45,404 bases of DNA from Clostridia bacterium (GTDB lineage: Bacteria > Bacillota > Clostridia > Oscillospirales > CAG-272): assembly GCA_017508465.1 (NCBI GenBank), contig JAFVYW010000110.1, positions 1 through 45,404 of the forward strand. Direction: 5' to 3'. Positions 27,335 through 36,797 of the stretch are shown piece after piece. Within the stretch, counting starts at the first letter, position 1. Each line of letters opens with the position of its first letter. The position numbers and the translations under genes were made by a program. The notes under the pieces are model-generated. The model was not told where the DNA came from and searched no databases. It was given only the letters and a program-made list of their open reading frames with translations.

Positions 27335-29737
27335 TCAGCAGGGTGTGATTTCCTCGCCATCGCGCCAGAAACGGTCGAGCATCTCACGCAACTCCTTCGC
27401 ATCCCCAATATACTTCACCCCGCGCCAGAGCGAAGGAATACCCTTTTTATAGATAGGATCGGCAAAGCGATCATCGACAAGAACAACCACACCGCGGTCG
27501 CCCTCGCGACGAATGACGCGTCCACCCGCCTGAAGCACCTTATTAAAGCCCGGGTAGATATAGGCATATTCCTTGCCACTTTCATACTTATTCTCGAAAT
27601 ACGCGCTCATCGCCTCGCGTTCAAAGGAAAGAGACGGGAGCGTGATGCCGACAACAACCGCGCCGATCAGGCGATCCCCCCACAGATCAATTCCTTCAGA
27701 GAATACGCCGCCCGTCACGCAGAAGGCAACAAGATAATTTGCATCCTCTTTGGTGAAGGCATCCATAAAAGCGCGTTTTTCCTCCTCGCTCATGCCCCTC
27801 TCCTGTGTCAGGGTACGGATGCGCGGATACTTCGCACGGAAAGCATCAGAGAGCATTTTCGTGTATTCATAGGATGGGGCAAAGACCATATAATTGCCGC
27901 GTTTTGCGCTCACCGTCGCGGCGATTACACGCAGAACGGCAGGAAGGGTATGCTCTCTTTCGCTGGTGCGCGTGCTCACCCTGTCCACAATCGCCACAGC
28001 AAGCTGGTCCCTCTCAAAAGGAGAATCGAGCGTGAGTGTCTCACCCTCTCTCGCGTTGCCAAGGAGGGAGCGCGTATAGGAAAGCGGGGACATGGTTGCA
28101 GAGAAAAAGATTGTCGCGCGACCGCGGGAGGTTCGCTCGGCGAGTTCATTTGACGGATCGATGCAGAAAAGCTTTACGCGCATCTTCTCATCCTCAAAGA
28201 AGAGGAAGGTCTCGTAATGCTCATCGAAGCGAAGCGCGCATTCAAGGAAGCCTTTCAGCTTGTAATAATAGGCATACAGGGCGTTTTGCCGTGTCACCGC
28301 ATCGGGGCCTGTATAGCGATAGTTCGCCATAATCTCTTTTTCACATGCCTCGACAATCCTCGAAAGTGTGAGCGCGAGACCGTCGGGCACCTGTCGCATA
28401 TGCGTCGCGCCCGATTTTATACCATTTTTGTCAGTGCGGATTTCGTTTTTGAGATAGAGAAAAAGCGAATGGATAAGCGAGGGGACAACCTCCTCGCAGG
28501 TCTTGCGCAGAATGCTATGCTCGGAAAGCGGATATCCCGAAAAGGCAAGCGCATCCTCCGTAAGCTCCGCGGAATACATCTCTCTCGCGCGGTCGGGCAG
28601 GTTGTGCGCCTCGTCCACAAGAAAGATATACTCTCCCGAAAAATCAAAATAACGGCGCAGGTAGGCGCGTCGGTCAAAAAGATAATTGAAGTCACAGATG
28701 ACAATATCGCAAAGCTCGCTGTAATTTAGCGAAAGCTCATACGGACATACCAGATATTCATTCGCGAAACGCAAGATATCCTCACTCGTTACGCACGGGA
28801 TTTCCGCCTCAAACAGGGCAATCGCCGCCTCGCTCAAGCGGTTGTTACGAAGAAGGAGGCACGCCCTTTTATCCACACGGCAGACATTACGCTCGGGGCA
28901 AATCTTGTCCTTCGCCGTCAGGACAATCGCGCGCACAATCACGCCTGTTTTTGCCAGCGCTTCCACCGTATCACGCGCAACCGTCGCGGTGGTGGTTTTG
29001 GGCGTCAGATAAAATATCTTCTCACCGTATCCGCTTCCCATCGCGCGAATGGCAGGGTAAAGCGCACTGACCGTCTTACCGATTCCCGTCGGCGCTTCTG
29101 AATACAGTGTCGAGCCGACCTTTATCGTATGATAAACGGCATGAATAAAGTCATCCTGTCCGACACGAAGGCTCGGAAAGGGGAATTTCGCGTTTTTCAT
29201 GGAAGGAATACGCACCGTCGCGCGATGAATGGCAGGGCGCGCATACACTGCCACATTCTTCTTACATTTATTGAAAAATGAAGTCAGCTTTTTGAGCGTC
29301 AATATCTCTTCCACCGCATGCACCTCATCGCGCTCGGGGTTGACATACACAAATCGCAGGGTAACAAGCTCGCCCATATTGCTACGCAAAAAGCCATAGG
29401 CGGCAAGATAGCCCTCACCGCGCACCTGGGCGACAAACTCGCGTCTCGGGTGTGTCGCCGAGGTATCTGTCACACACAGAAAGGTCAGGGTGTCTCCCTC
29501 AATTTTATCCGCCTTTGCCATAATTTCAATAGGATGCGTCAGAAGGGTTTCCGAAAGATAGATGTGTATCGGGGGGTGGGGCGTGTCGAGGTATTTCTTA
29601 CGGATGAAGGCATCGGCGCCCGAAAGCATCGGCTCATCCTCCTCGAGCGGAACGCTGTCGGACGAGCCGCGTCTCGCCAGAGAGACAAACTCACTCGCCA
29701 TCATTCGTATCACACGATTCTCCATATCAAAGCGCAT
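27335..29737 (-). CDS. DinG/XPD (Rad3)-family Fe-S DNA helicase with a ~190-aa N-terminal extension
   Basis: Motif I EAPTGIGKT and DEAH box VDEAHNL. Cys cluster ICPERNVCRVDKRAC...VCPYE is typical of the XPD Fe-S domain. C-terminal helicase motifs GVFSEGIDL and QAGGRVIR. AAGGAGGGG SD. Confidence 0.8.
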   Translation of the reverse strand: MRFDMENRVIRMMASEFVSLARRGSSDSVPLEEDEPMLSGADAFIRKKYLDTPHPPIHIYLSETLLTHPIEIMAKADKIEGDTLTFLCVTDTSATHPRREFVAQVRGEGYLAAYGFLRSNMGELVTLRFVYVNPERDEVHAVEEILTLKKLTSFFNKCKKNVAVYARPAIHRATVRIPSMKNAKFPFPSLRVGQDDFIHAVYHTIKVGSTLYSEAPTGIGKTVSALYPAIRAMGSGYGEKIFYLTPKTTTATVARDTVEALAKTGVIVRAIVLTAKDKICPERNVCRVDKRACLLLRNNRLSEAAIALFEAEIPCVTSEDILRFANEYLVCPYELSLNYSELCDIVICDFNYLFDRRAYLRRYFDFSGEYIFLVDEAHNLPDRAREMYSAELTEDALAFSGYPLSEHSILRKTCEEVVPSLIHSLFLYLKNEIRTDKNGIKSGATHMRQVPDGLALTLSRIVEACEKEIMANYRYTGPDAVTRQNALYAYYYKLKGFLECALRFDEHYETFLFFEDEKMRVKLFCIDPSNELAERTSRGRATIFFSATMSPLSYTRSLLGNAREGETLTLDSPFERDQLAVAIVDRVSTRTSEREHTLPAVLRVIAATVSAKRGNYMVFAPSYEYTKMLSDAFRAKYPRIRTLTQERGMSEEEKRAFMDAFTKEDANYLVAFCVTGGVFSEGIDLWGDRLIGAVVVGITLPSLSFEREAMSAYFENKYESGKEYAYIYPGFNKVLQAGGRVIRREGDRGVVVLVDDRFADPIYKKGIPSLWRGVKYIGDAKELREMLDRFWRDGEEITPC

Positions 29738-29854
29738 GCCGCACCCCTCCTTTCACCGTTTTTATTCTTCTTTTATTTTACCACAAAAGACACATGCCGT
29801 CAAGAGCATGCGGGCAGATTTTCCCCTTTTCACACTATTTCATAATTGTATCTA

Positions 29855-29883
29855 TTGACAAAAATAAATAATTATGGTATAAT
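29855..29883 (+). promoter_or_regulatory. Consensus SigA promoter for the PAP2-like/ackA transcription unit
   Basis: TTGACA (29855-60), a 17-nt spacer, then TATAAT (29878-83) with a TGg extended -10. Confidence 0.6.
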
Positions 29884-29959
29884 CTGGGGGTGGAATATCG
29901 AAAATATTTACAGCGCGTTCGCATACGCTCGCGCGAAAAAATTATAAAACGAGGACTTT

Positions 29960-30451
29960 ATGGATTCTTTTCTCAAGATTTTTGAAAACCATATTCTGAT
30001 TGCATCCACAATTTCGTGGTTAATCAGCCAGATTTTAAAATTTATCCTGACGGCTATCGTAGAGAAAAAGTGGCGCTTCGAGCGCCTCGTCGGCGACGGC
30101 GGTATGCCCAGCGGACACTCCGCTACCGTCTCAGCCATGATGGTTATGACGGGCTACATCTGTGGCCTTGATAGCGCGTCCTTTGCCATCGCGACGCTTC
30201 TCGCGATTATCGTAATGCACGATGCGACCGGTGTACGCCGCGAGGCAGGAAAGCACGCCGTCACCATTCTGCAGATTATTGATGCCTTCAACGAGGTCGT
30301 GTCGGAAAAGGATAAGCTTGCCCAGCAGGAAAAGTTGAAGGTGTTCGTCGGACACACGCCTGTCCAGGTGTTTTTTGGTGCTATAACAGGTATTTTGACA
30401 TCTGTTATTTACATTTTGCTCTTCCATGTGGTGGGTATCTTCCCTGTTTGA
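29960..30451 (+). CDS. Divergent PAP2 / DUF212 family membrane protein (acid-phosphatase/vanadium-haloperoxidase related)
   Basis: GGMPSGHSATV and HDATGVRR motifs in a 163-aa multi-pass hydrophobic protein. Confidence 0.7.
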   Translation: MDSFLKIFENHILIASTISWLISQILKFILTAIVEKKWRFERLVGDGGMPSGHSATVSAMMVMTGYICGLDSASFAIATLLAIIVMHDATGVRREAGKHAVTILQIIDAFNEVVSEKDKLAQQEKLKVFVGHTPVQVFFGAITGILTSVIYILLFHVVGIFPV

Positions 30452-30475
30452 CTATAATTTTGTGAGGTATATACT

Positions 30476-31675
30476 ATGAAAATTCTTGTTATGAATGCAG
30501 GCAGCTCTTCTCTCAAATTCCAGCTTATCGACATGGAAAATGAGAATGTTATCGCAAAGGGCATCTGTGAGGAAATCGGCGGCAAATCCCGCTTCAAGTA
30601 CAAAGTGCCCGGACGCGAGGACTACAAGTGCGAGAGCGTTTTTGCAAATCATGGCGACGCGCTTCGCTTCGTTCTCGACACCCTCGTCGACAAGGAGATG
30701 GGCGTTATCGCATCGGTGGATGAAATCTCCGCCGTCGGCCACCGCGTTCTTCATGGCGGCGACAAGCTCTCTGGTTCTGTTCTCATCACCGAAGAGGTCA
30801 AGGCGATTATCGAGGAATGCTGTGACCTCGGCCCTCTTCACAACCCCGCAAACCTGAAGGGTATCGTAGAGTGCGAGAAGATTATGAAGGTTCCGCAGGT
30901 CGCCGTATTCGACACCGGCTTCCACCAGACCATGCCCGACTACGCTTACATGTATGCGCTCCCCTACGAGTACTACGAAAAGTACAAAATCCGCCGTTAC
31001 GGCTTCCATGGTACATCCCACCGCTTTGTCAGTGGCAGATGTGCAGAACTTCTCGGCAAAGCGCCCGAAGAGGTCAATATCGTCACCTGTCACCTCGGTA
31101 ACGGCGCGTCGATGTGCGCGGTAAAGGGTGGCAAGTGCTTCGACACCTCGATGGGTGTCACCCCCCTCGAAGGCATTATGATGGGCACGCGTTCGGGTAA
31201 TATTGACCCCGCTATCATTCCCTACCTGATGCGTAAGGGTGAGCTCACCACCGCCGACGAAATCGACAAAATGATGAACAAGAAGAGTGGTATGCTCGCG
31301 GTTTCGGGTGTTTCCTCGGATAACCTCGAGGTTTCTATCAAGGCGAAGGAGGGCAACGAGCGTTGCATCCTCACGCAGAAGATGTATTGCCACCAGCTCA
31401 TCAAAATTGTCGGCGGATATATCTGCGCCATGGGTGGCACCGATGCTATCGTATTCACGGGTGGTATCGGCGAGAACACACCTCTGTATCGCTCTTATGT
31501 TTGCGAAAAGCTCGCTTTCCTCGGCGTAAAGATTGACGAAGAAAAGAATGCAATCCGCGGCGAAGAGCTTGAAATCTCCGCGCCTGATTCGTCCATCAGG
31601 GTATTCGTTATTCCTACCAACGAAGAGCTTGTTATCGCGAGAGACACGCTTGAAATTGTAGAAGGTCTGAAATAA
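30476..31675 (+). CDS. ackA: Acetate kinase
   Basis: MKILVMNAGSSSLKFQL, HRVLHGG, FDTGFHQTMP, YGFHGTSH, TCHLGNGAS and FTGGIGEN motifs; 399 aa. Confidence 0.95.
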   Translation: MKILVMNAGSSSLKFQLIDMENENVIAKGICEEIGGKSRFKYKVPGREDYKCESVFANHGDALRFVLDTLVDKEMGVIASVDEISAVGHRVLHGGDKLSGSVLITEEVKAIIEECCDLGPLHNPANLKGIVECEKIMKVPQVAVFDTGFHQTMPDYAYMYALPYEYYEKYKIRRYGFHGTSHRFVSGRCAELLGKAPEEVNIVTCHLGNGASMCAVKGGKCFDTSMGVTPLEGIMMGTRSGNIDPAIIPYLMRKGELTTADEIDKMMNKKSGMLAVSGVSSDNLEVSIKAKEGNERCILTQKMYCHQLIKIVGGYICAMGGTDAIVFTGGIGENTPLYRSYVCEKLAFLGVKIDEEKNAIRGEELEISAPDSSIRVFVIPTNEELVIARDTLEIVEGLK

Positions 31676-31732
31676 TATATCGCACGGTCGCCCATTTTGC
31701 GACTGCCGCTTTTCGGAGAAAAGGAATATCTT

Positions 31733-32245
31733 ATGTACGATGAGCTTACCGAAGTTGACATAAAGAAAATGGAAGAGGAAATTGCCTACCGTCGCGATGT
31801 CCTCGCCCCCCGACTGCTCGCCGAAATGAGCCGTACGCGCGCCTTTGGCGATTTAAGCGAAAATGCCGAATACAAGGAGGCAAAGCGCGAAAAAAGACGC
31901 AACGAAGGACGCATCCGCTATCTCCTTAACATGATACGCACCGCGCGCGTCATTGAGGTGGAGGACACCGACCGTGGCGACGGACGCGTTGCCCTCTTTG
32001 ATTGGGTAGTCATTTACAACGAGGCGATGGGAAAGGAAAAACGCATTCAGATTGTCACCACCCTCCGTCAGGATGCCACCAAAGGCTTCGTCTCCAAGGA
32101 AAGCCCTCTCGGCTCGGCTCTGATGGGGCGCGCCGTTGGCGATCGCGTCAAGGTTGAGGTCAACGAGACCAAGTCCTACTACGCCGTCATCCGTTCTATT
32201 GAAAAGGGCGAGGACAACGAGGATCTGCCGATCAGCGCATACTGA
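31733..32245 (+). CDS. greA: Transcription elongation factor GreA
   Basis: Start at MYDELTEVD (GGAGAAAAGG upstream). FGDLSENAEYKEAK coiled-coil finger and the C-terminal SKESPLGSALMG..GD.V block. Confidence 0.9.
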   Translation: MYDELTEVDIKKMEEEIAYRRDVLAPRLLAEMSRTRAFGDLSENAEYKEAKREKRRNEGRIRYLLNMIRTARVIEVEDTDRGDGRVALFDWVVIYNEAMGKEKRIQIVTTLRQDATKGFVSKESPLGSALMGRAVGDRVKVEVNETKSYYAVIRSIEKGEDNEDLPISAY

Positions 32246-32355
32246 TCTGTCCCCGTCGCATCTACCCTCCTACACCCTTGTAGCAGTCAGACTCCAACAA
32301 TTTATAAAACGCAAAAACCAAATAATATAAACAACAAAACAAGGAGCAAAAGAAC

Positions 32356-35300
32356 ATGAAAAAAAGAATTTCCCTTTTGATCTTGTGCGCGTGTTTGCTT
32401 TTGGCACTGGTCGGTGTGAGCGCTTTCGCCGCCGACGAAACCGAAACCTCCGCCACAATTTCAACAGCAGAAGATCTCGCTGCCGCACTCGATGCAGATG
32501 GCGAATACATCCTTGCTGCTGACCTCTCCCTGGATGCCAGCACCGACCTGACCGTCGGGGCAACGAATTTTGTCCTCGATCTTGATGGTCACACAATCAC
32601 CTTCCAAGGTCAGAACACCTTCGTAGTAAACGCAGGCTCGAGCGTCACCTTCAGAAATGGTGATGTCCTCGTTGCGCATTCCTACAAAACAGAAGGCCTT
32701 GAAAAAACATTTGATAATTACTTGCCTGTCATACAAAACACAGATGGTTCTTATGCCATTGGCACAGCAGTCGCCATCGACAAGTCCGTCTTTGCAGAAC
32801 AGGATCGCCTGCAAACGCTCGCAGCACCCGCATTCCTTGCAAACGGTGGTTCTGTAACGCTGGACGGCATTTATCTGGAACGAAATGTCTCGGTATCCAA
32901 CGGTGGTCAACTTCTTGAAGCGCTTGATGGCGGTTCCCTTTCGCTTCTCAACTCTGAACTTTATGTCAGTGCCCCCAGCGAAGCGTGGGCGACCATCGAC
33001 ACCTCCGTTATCAAACTCACCCGTGCCGAGAGCGTAACAAAGCTTGTCATCGAAAACTCCTTCGTGCATGAAGTAATGCAAAACTGTGTCTACAATGGTA
33101 CTTATTATTCCAAAGAAGCACCAACGGGAATCAATTCTTCCACCGGCGCTGTCACTAAAGTAGGATACCACCTCGACATAGACGATTCAGCAAACCTTTG
33201 CACGATAGCAGGTACGACGGAAAACACCGGCGTGAAAATCGATATCAATCAAAGCGATTTTATCTGGACACATCACGGTTTTTATGATCCTATTGCAGCC
33301 AACAACACGGTTTCTTTCAACGACACCCTGACAATGAAGAACTCCCGTGTAAAAGTGAACCAGGCTTCCAACTATCAGTCCGTAGGTTTCCAATTTTTCA
33401 GTGCCGACCTCGTATTTGAAAACTGCTATATGGATATGTCAGACGATATTTTTTATATCGGACGCAGCGGCAGTCGTAAAACAACTACATCTCTCACCTT
33501 GCGCGGATGCTATGTAAAGGGTAGCCATTGTATCCGATACGCAACGGACAAAAATGCAATTTATATTGAAAACTCATATGTACAAGGCGCACTCCAACGC
33601 TGGTACAATTACACTTCCACAACCGAAACCGGCTCTCCGAGTGTAACCATCTCCGGAAAACTTTACACGGCGGCGAAAGTGAACGAGGATGCAGACACAA
33701 CCTCGTATTCAGGCTCCAAAAACTCAACTTTTTGGTTCAATGTCAATAAAACCAACGATACCGACGCAATTGTAACGGTAACAACAACAGACGCTATCCC
33801 CGCCTGGACGCACACCATCGCACATCAGGATGGCTCTTACAGCAACTCGATAAACACCAACACCATCGTTGCCAGCGAAGGCGACACTGTAATTCTCTGG
33901 GCAAACACCAAACTCACGGCAAATGGCAATATCAATCTCGTAACATTCGGAGACGCAATTCAGCTGAATATCACTGGCAACGCGAACCCCACTGTTGTCG
34001 ACGGTACACCTGGCAAGGTTTCCTTCATCATGGCCAACGGCGTAAAGCTCTATTATCTCAACAATACCTCTAACACCGTAGCGACCGTCACCAGCATGTC
34101 GGCAGGCTGGACTCTCGTTCTGCAGGAGGATCAGCATGTTCCTACGGCTTATATCAACACCCCCGACTTCTCTTTTGCCATTGACCTCAATGGATACACG
34201 ATCTATGTCTCCTCTGACACAGAAGATGGCACGAAAAATGCCAACGGTTTGTTTCAAATAAACAATGAAAACCAGCACATGCACCTGTACTCCTCCCGTC
34301 CTGGTGCGCGCATTCTTGGTGGACACACCCACGAGGTGAACAAGGAGGGTGCAACAGTTGAAGCTACCCCAAACTATGCTACCAGGTTATTCAACCAAAG
34401 CGCAGGCAACCTGTCTATTGGCTATGACATCAACGGAAATGTCGCTGGTGAGCGCATTGATCTGGTCGCAGGTCAGATGATGCTTCTTAGCGGAGGCAAC
34501 TTCAAAGCAAACAATGTCGCGTGGTATATTGTTTCTGAAGATAACAACTGCGGATTTATGCTTCGATATAGCGCTAATGACAAATCCTTCCATGTTTCAA
34601 ATTCCGATTTCTACATCAAAAAATATGATGTGGTATTTTTCTACAGAGATTATACGGCAGAAAAATCGGATATCGTCCTGGAAAACTGTAATCTGTATTC
34701 CACAACGACAAGCAAATATCTTTTTGCTCCATACCAGGGCAAAACCATCCCAAAGCAAACCGTGCATCTTATCAATACCAATGTATACAATATGAAGGTG
34801 CATTACAATACAAGCACACATGTTTATGTCGAGGGCGAATGTCACCTTCCCTCTATGGTAAATGACCAGATTGAGCTCGCGCCCGGCTATGGCGCTGTTT
34901 ATCAGGGAAATCAGTCGGTAACTCTCTCTGGCACCTCTTATCCGTCCAATTCCCGTCTGAATATGCCCGAGACGACCGATCTCAACAAGTCCTATTCCTA
35001 CAATACCGTGGTCTCCAGATACAGCGATTATAAAGCGAGCATCTACACCAATGTCACACTCGATACCGCGCTCGACCTTCACCTCTATATTCCGAAGGCG
35101 GACGGCATCGCAAGCGTGCTTGTGGATGGCGCAGACTGCTTCGATGCGGACGCTATCGATACACTGAATGGCAAGGATTACTATGTCGTCACCATCGCCA
35201 GAGCGCCGAAGGAGATGTATGAGACCGCGCTTGTAGAAATTATCTTCAAAGACGGCGAGACTTTAACAAAGTACTACACCCTGGAACACTCCCTTCTCAA

Positions 35301-35937
35301 CTACGCAAGCAATCTTCTCGGCATTGACGAGGAGAAGTATAGCGACACAGCGAAGAATTACATCGTCGACTCGAAGAATGTAATGCGCTATGTACTGAAC
35401 TATGCAAAGGAAACCATCGAACGCTATGGCGAGCTCGATGCAGAAACGCTCCTGGCGGTTCAGGGTAAAATCCAAACCCTCCTTGGCGATTTCGCGCTTA
35501 CCGAAAATGACCTCGTCCTGGAAAATGTCAAGACCGACATCCCGACAGGCACCGGTACGGCGGCAGCATTCGACCTTGACTCGAAGGTTGGCTTCGTCCT
35601 CGGCGTTGCCGATACCTTTACAGGTCATGTCAGCGTCACGATGGGCGATCGTGTTGTAACTGGCGATTTCGTTGCTACCAACACCGACACATCAGCTCCC
35701 GTTATGGCAGGATATGTCATTCTCTACGGCATTTTCGCATACGAGCTCTACACGGAAGAAATCACCATTACCATTACAGGTACCAATGGCGATACCGAAG
35801 TCGAAACCACCTTCACTTACAACCTCGCTACCTATGCAAACAGCGGTGTAAGCGAGGATTTAGGAACTGCGCTTTATGCCTATGCAAAGGTCGCAGACAC
35901 CTATGGTCGCACCTACAAGACCTCTACGATTGACTAA
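32356..35937 (+). CDS. Large secreted protein (1193 aa), beta-helix-like; paralog of 11623..15015
   Basis: Signal peptide MKKRISLLILCACLLLALVGVSAFA with AAGGAG SD. Shared blocks are LDLDGHT/IDLNGYT, YSSRPGARILGG and C-terminal FTYNLATYANSG...ALYAYAKVA. Confidence 0.8.
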   Translation: MKKRISLLILCACLLLALVGVSAFAADETETSATISTAEDLAAALDADGEYILAADLSLDASTDLTVGATNFVLDLDGHTITFQGQNTFVVNAGSSVTFRNGDVLVAHSYKTEGLEKTFDNYLPVIQNTDGSYAIGTAVAIDKSVFAEQDRLQTLAAPAFLANGGSVTLDGIYLERNVSVSNGGQLLEALDGGSLSLLNSELYVSAPSEAWATIDTSVIKLTRAESVTKLVIENSFVHEVMQNCVYNGTYYSKEAPTGINSSTGAVTKVGYHLDIDDSANLCTIAGTTENTGVKIDINQSDFIWTHHGFYDPIAANNTVSFNDTLTMKNSRVKVNQASNYQSVGFQFFSADLVFENCYMDMSDDIFYIGRSGSRKTTTSLTLRGCYVKGSHCIRYATDKNAIYIENSYVQGALQRWYNYTSTTETGSPSVTISGKLYTAAKVNEDADTTSYSGSKNSTFWFNVNKTNDTDAIVTVTTTDAIPAWTHTIAHQDGSYSNSINTNTIVASEGDTVILWANTKLTANGNINLVTFGDAIQLNITGNANPTVVDGTPGKVSFIMANGVKLYYLNNTSNTVATVTSMSAGWTLVLQEDQHVPTAYINTPDFSFAIDLNGYTIYVSSDTEDGTKNANGLFQINNENQHMHLYSSRPGARILGGHTHEVNKEGATVEATPNYATRLFNQSAGNLSIGYDINGNVAGERIDLVAGQMMLLSGGNFKANNVAWYIVSEDNNCGFMLRYSANDKSFHVSNSDFYIKKYDVVFFYRDYTAEKSDIVLENCNLYSTTTSKYLFAPYQGKTIPKQTVHLINTNVYNMKVHYNTSTHVYVEGECHLPSMVNDQIELAPGYGAVYQGNQSVTLSGTSYPSNSRLNMPETTDLNKSYSYNTVVSRYSDYKASIYTNVTLDTALDLHLYIPKADGIASVLVDGADCFDADAIDTLNGKDYYVVTIARAPKEMYETALVEIIFKDGETLTKYYTLEHSLLNYASNLLGIDEEKYSDTAKNYIVDSKNVMRYVLNYAKETIERYGELDAETLLAVQGKIQTLLGDFALTENDLVLENVKTDIPTGTGTAAAFDLDSKVGFVLGVADTFTGHVSVTMGDRVVTGDFVATNTDTSAPVMAGYVILYGIFAYELYTEEITITITGTNGDTEVETTFTYNLATYANSGVSEDLGTALYAYAKVADTYGRTYKTSTID

Positions 35938-35949
35938 TCTGCTAAAGTG

Positions 35950-35978
35950 CAACACTTTTAAGAAGAATAGTATATAAT
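35950..35978 (+). promoter_or_regulatory. Promoter P0 of the small-RNA array (degenerate -35)
   Basis: CAACAC, a 17-nt spacer, then TATAAT (35973-78). The spacer TTTTAAGAAGAATAGTA is homologous to the spacers of the other array promoters. Confidence 0.4.
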
Positions 35979-35984
35979 ACAATG

Positions 35985-36064
35985 GAGTCGACGGAGAAAT
36001 CCGTATAGCGTCGGTGAAATAAACGGCGGAAGAAAATGCCCACCAATTTTGGTGGGCATTTTTG
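35985..36064 (+). ncRNA. Candidate small RNA A1 (type A), ~80 nt
   Basis: Starts ~7 nt after the P0 -10. Hairpin ACGGA-GAAA-UCCGU, then a 31-nt conserved core AUAGCGUCGGUGAAAUAAACGGCGGAAGAAA, then terminator AUGCCCACC-AAUUUU-GGUGGGCAU-UUUU. No credible ORF. Confidence 0.55.
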
Positions 36065-36070
36065 ATTTAT

Positions 36071-36136
36071 AAACCATACATTTTCTCTGCGAGTTTGATA
36101 AAAACTATTGACTTTTCAAGAAAAATAACATACAAT
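36071..36136 (+). promoter_or_regulatory. Array promoter P1 with conserved upstream block
   Basis: AAACCATACATTTTCTCTGCGAGTTTGATAAAAACTA + TTGACT (36108-13), a 17-nt spacer, then TACAAT (36131-36). Confidence 0.6.
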
Positions 36137-36142
36137 ATTATC

Positions 36143-36230
36143 GATCCACGAAGAATATTCGTGTAGCCTTATAGCGTCGGTGAAATAAACGGCGGAAGAA
36201 AATGCCCACCAATTTTGGTGGGCATTTTTG
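36143..36230 (+). ncRNA. Candidate small RNA A2 (type A variant), ~88 nt
   Basis: A different 5' hairpin (CACGAA-GAAUA-UUCGUG, 36147-63) is followed by a 60-nt 3' part (core + terminator) identical to A1. Confidence 0.55.
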
Positions 36231-36237
36231 ATTTATT

Positions 36238-36302
36238 AAACCATACATTTCTCTACAAGTTTAATAAAAGCTATTGACTTTTTTAGAAAAAGAGCATATA
36301 AT
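36238..36302 (+). promoter_or_regulatory. Array promoter P2 with conserved upstream block
   Basis: AAACCATACATTTCTCTACAAGTTTAATAAAAGCTA + TTGACT (36274-79), a 17-nt spacer, then TATAAT (36297-302). Confidence 0.6.
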
Positions 36303-36308
36303 AATGTT

Positions 36309-36432
36309 GATAGTTAGGTGTTACTATACGTTGGAAGTAATCAATGTGTAGACGCACGTATTAAAATGTCGCAGATTAAAGGTATAGGCTACCTAACATA
36401 GAGGGACCGTCGCTCACGGCCCCTCGTTTTTT
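36309..36432 (+). ncRNA. Candidate small RNA C, ~124 nt, unique sequence
   Basis: Long-range helix GUUAGGU (36313-19) / ACCUAAC (36391-97). Terminator GAGGGACCG-UCGCUCA-CGGCCCCUC + GUUUUUU (36401-32). Confidence 0.45.
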
Positions 36433-36493
36433 ATTTTGCATATTATCCGATGTAAAAATGTTGACGTCTTTTTATACTCTTTTTTCCTATTTG

Positions 36494-36558
36494 TTTCTAT
36501 AGATTTCTCTGCAAGTTTGATAAAAGCTATTGACTTTTCAAGAAAAATAACATATAAT
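36494..36558 (+). promoter_or_regulatory. Array promoter P3 with conserved upstream block
   Basis: ...ATAGATTTCTCTGCAAGTTTGATAAAAGCTA + TTGACT (36530-35), a 17-nt spacer, then TATAAT (36553-58). Confidence 0.6.
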
Positions 36559-36564
36559 ACTATC

Positions 36565-36646
36565 GAGTTGACGGAGAAATCCGTATAGCGTCGGTGAAAG
36601 AAACGGCGGAAAAACCACCATATCAATTTGATATGGTGGTTTTTTG
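36565..36646 (+). ncRNA. Candidate small RNA A3 (type A), ~82 nt
   Basis: Same ACGGA-GAAA-UCCGU hairpin and core (2 substitutions) as A1, but an unrelated terminator ACCACCAUAUCA-AUU-UGAUAUGGUGGU-UUUUU. Confidence 0.55.
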
Positions 36647-36725
36647 TTATTTGTTTTTCCCGATTATAAAATGATGTCTCTTTTTGATTGATTTGCTTCC
36701 TATGTTCTCTATATAAATTTAATTA

Positions 36726-36791
36726 TAAACTATACATTTCTCTGCGAATTTGATGAAAGCTATTGACTTTTAAAGAAAAATAGCATATAAT
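36726..36791 (+). promoter_or_regulatory. Array promoter P4 with conserved upstream block
   Basis: TAAACTATACATTTCTCTGCGAATTTGATGAAAGCTA + TTGACT (36763-68), a 17-nt spacer, then TATAAT (36786-91). Confidence 0.6.
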
Positions 36792-36797
36792 ATTGAG

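Noticed and set aside
35982-36008. 8-codon ORF (MESTEKSV) inside type A RNA A1
   Set aside because: There is no SD. The ATG would lie at or before the predicted transcription start. A3 has TTG at that position, and A2 lacks the ORF altogether while keeping the RNA core.
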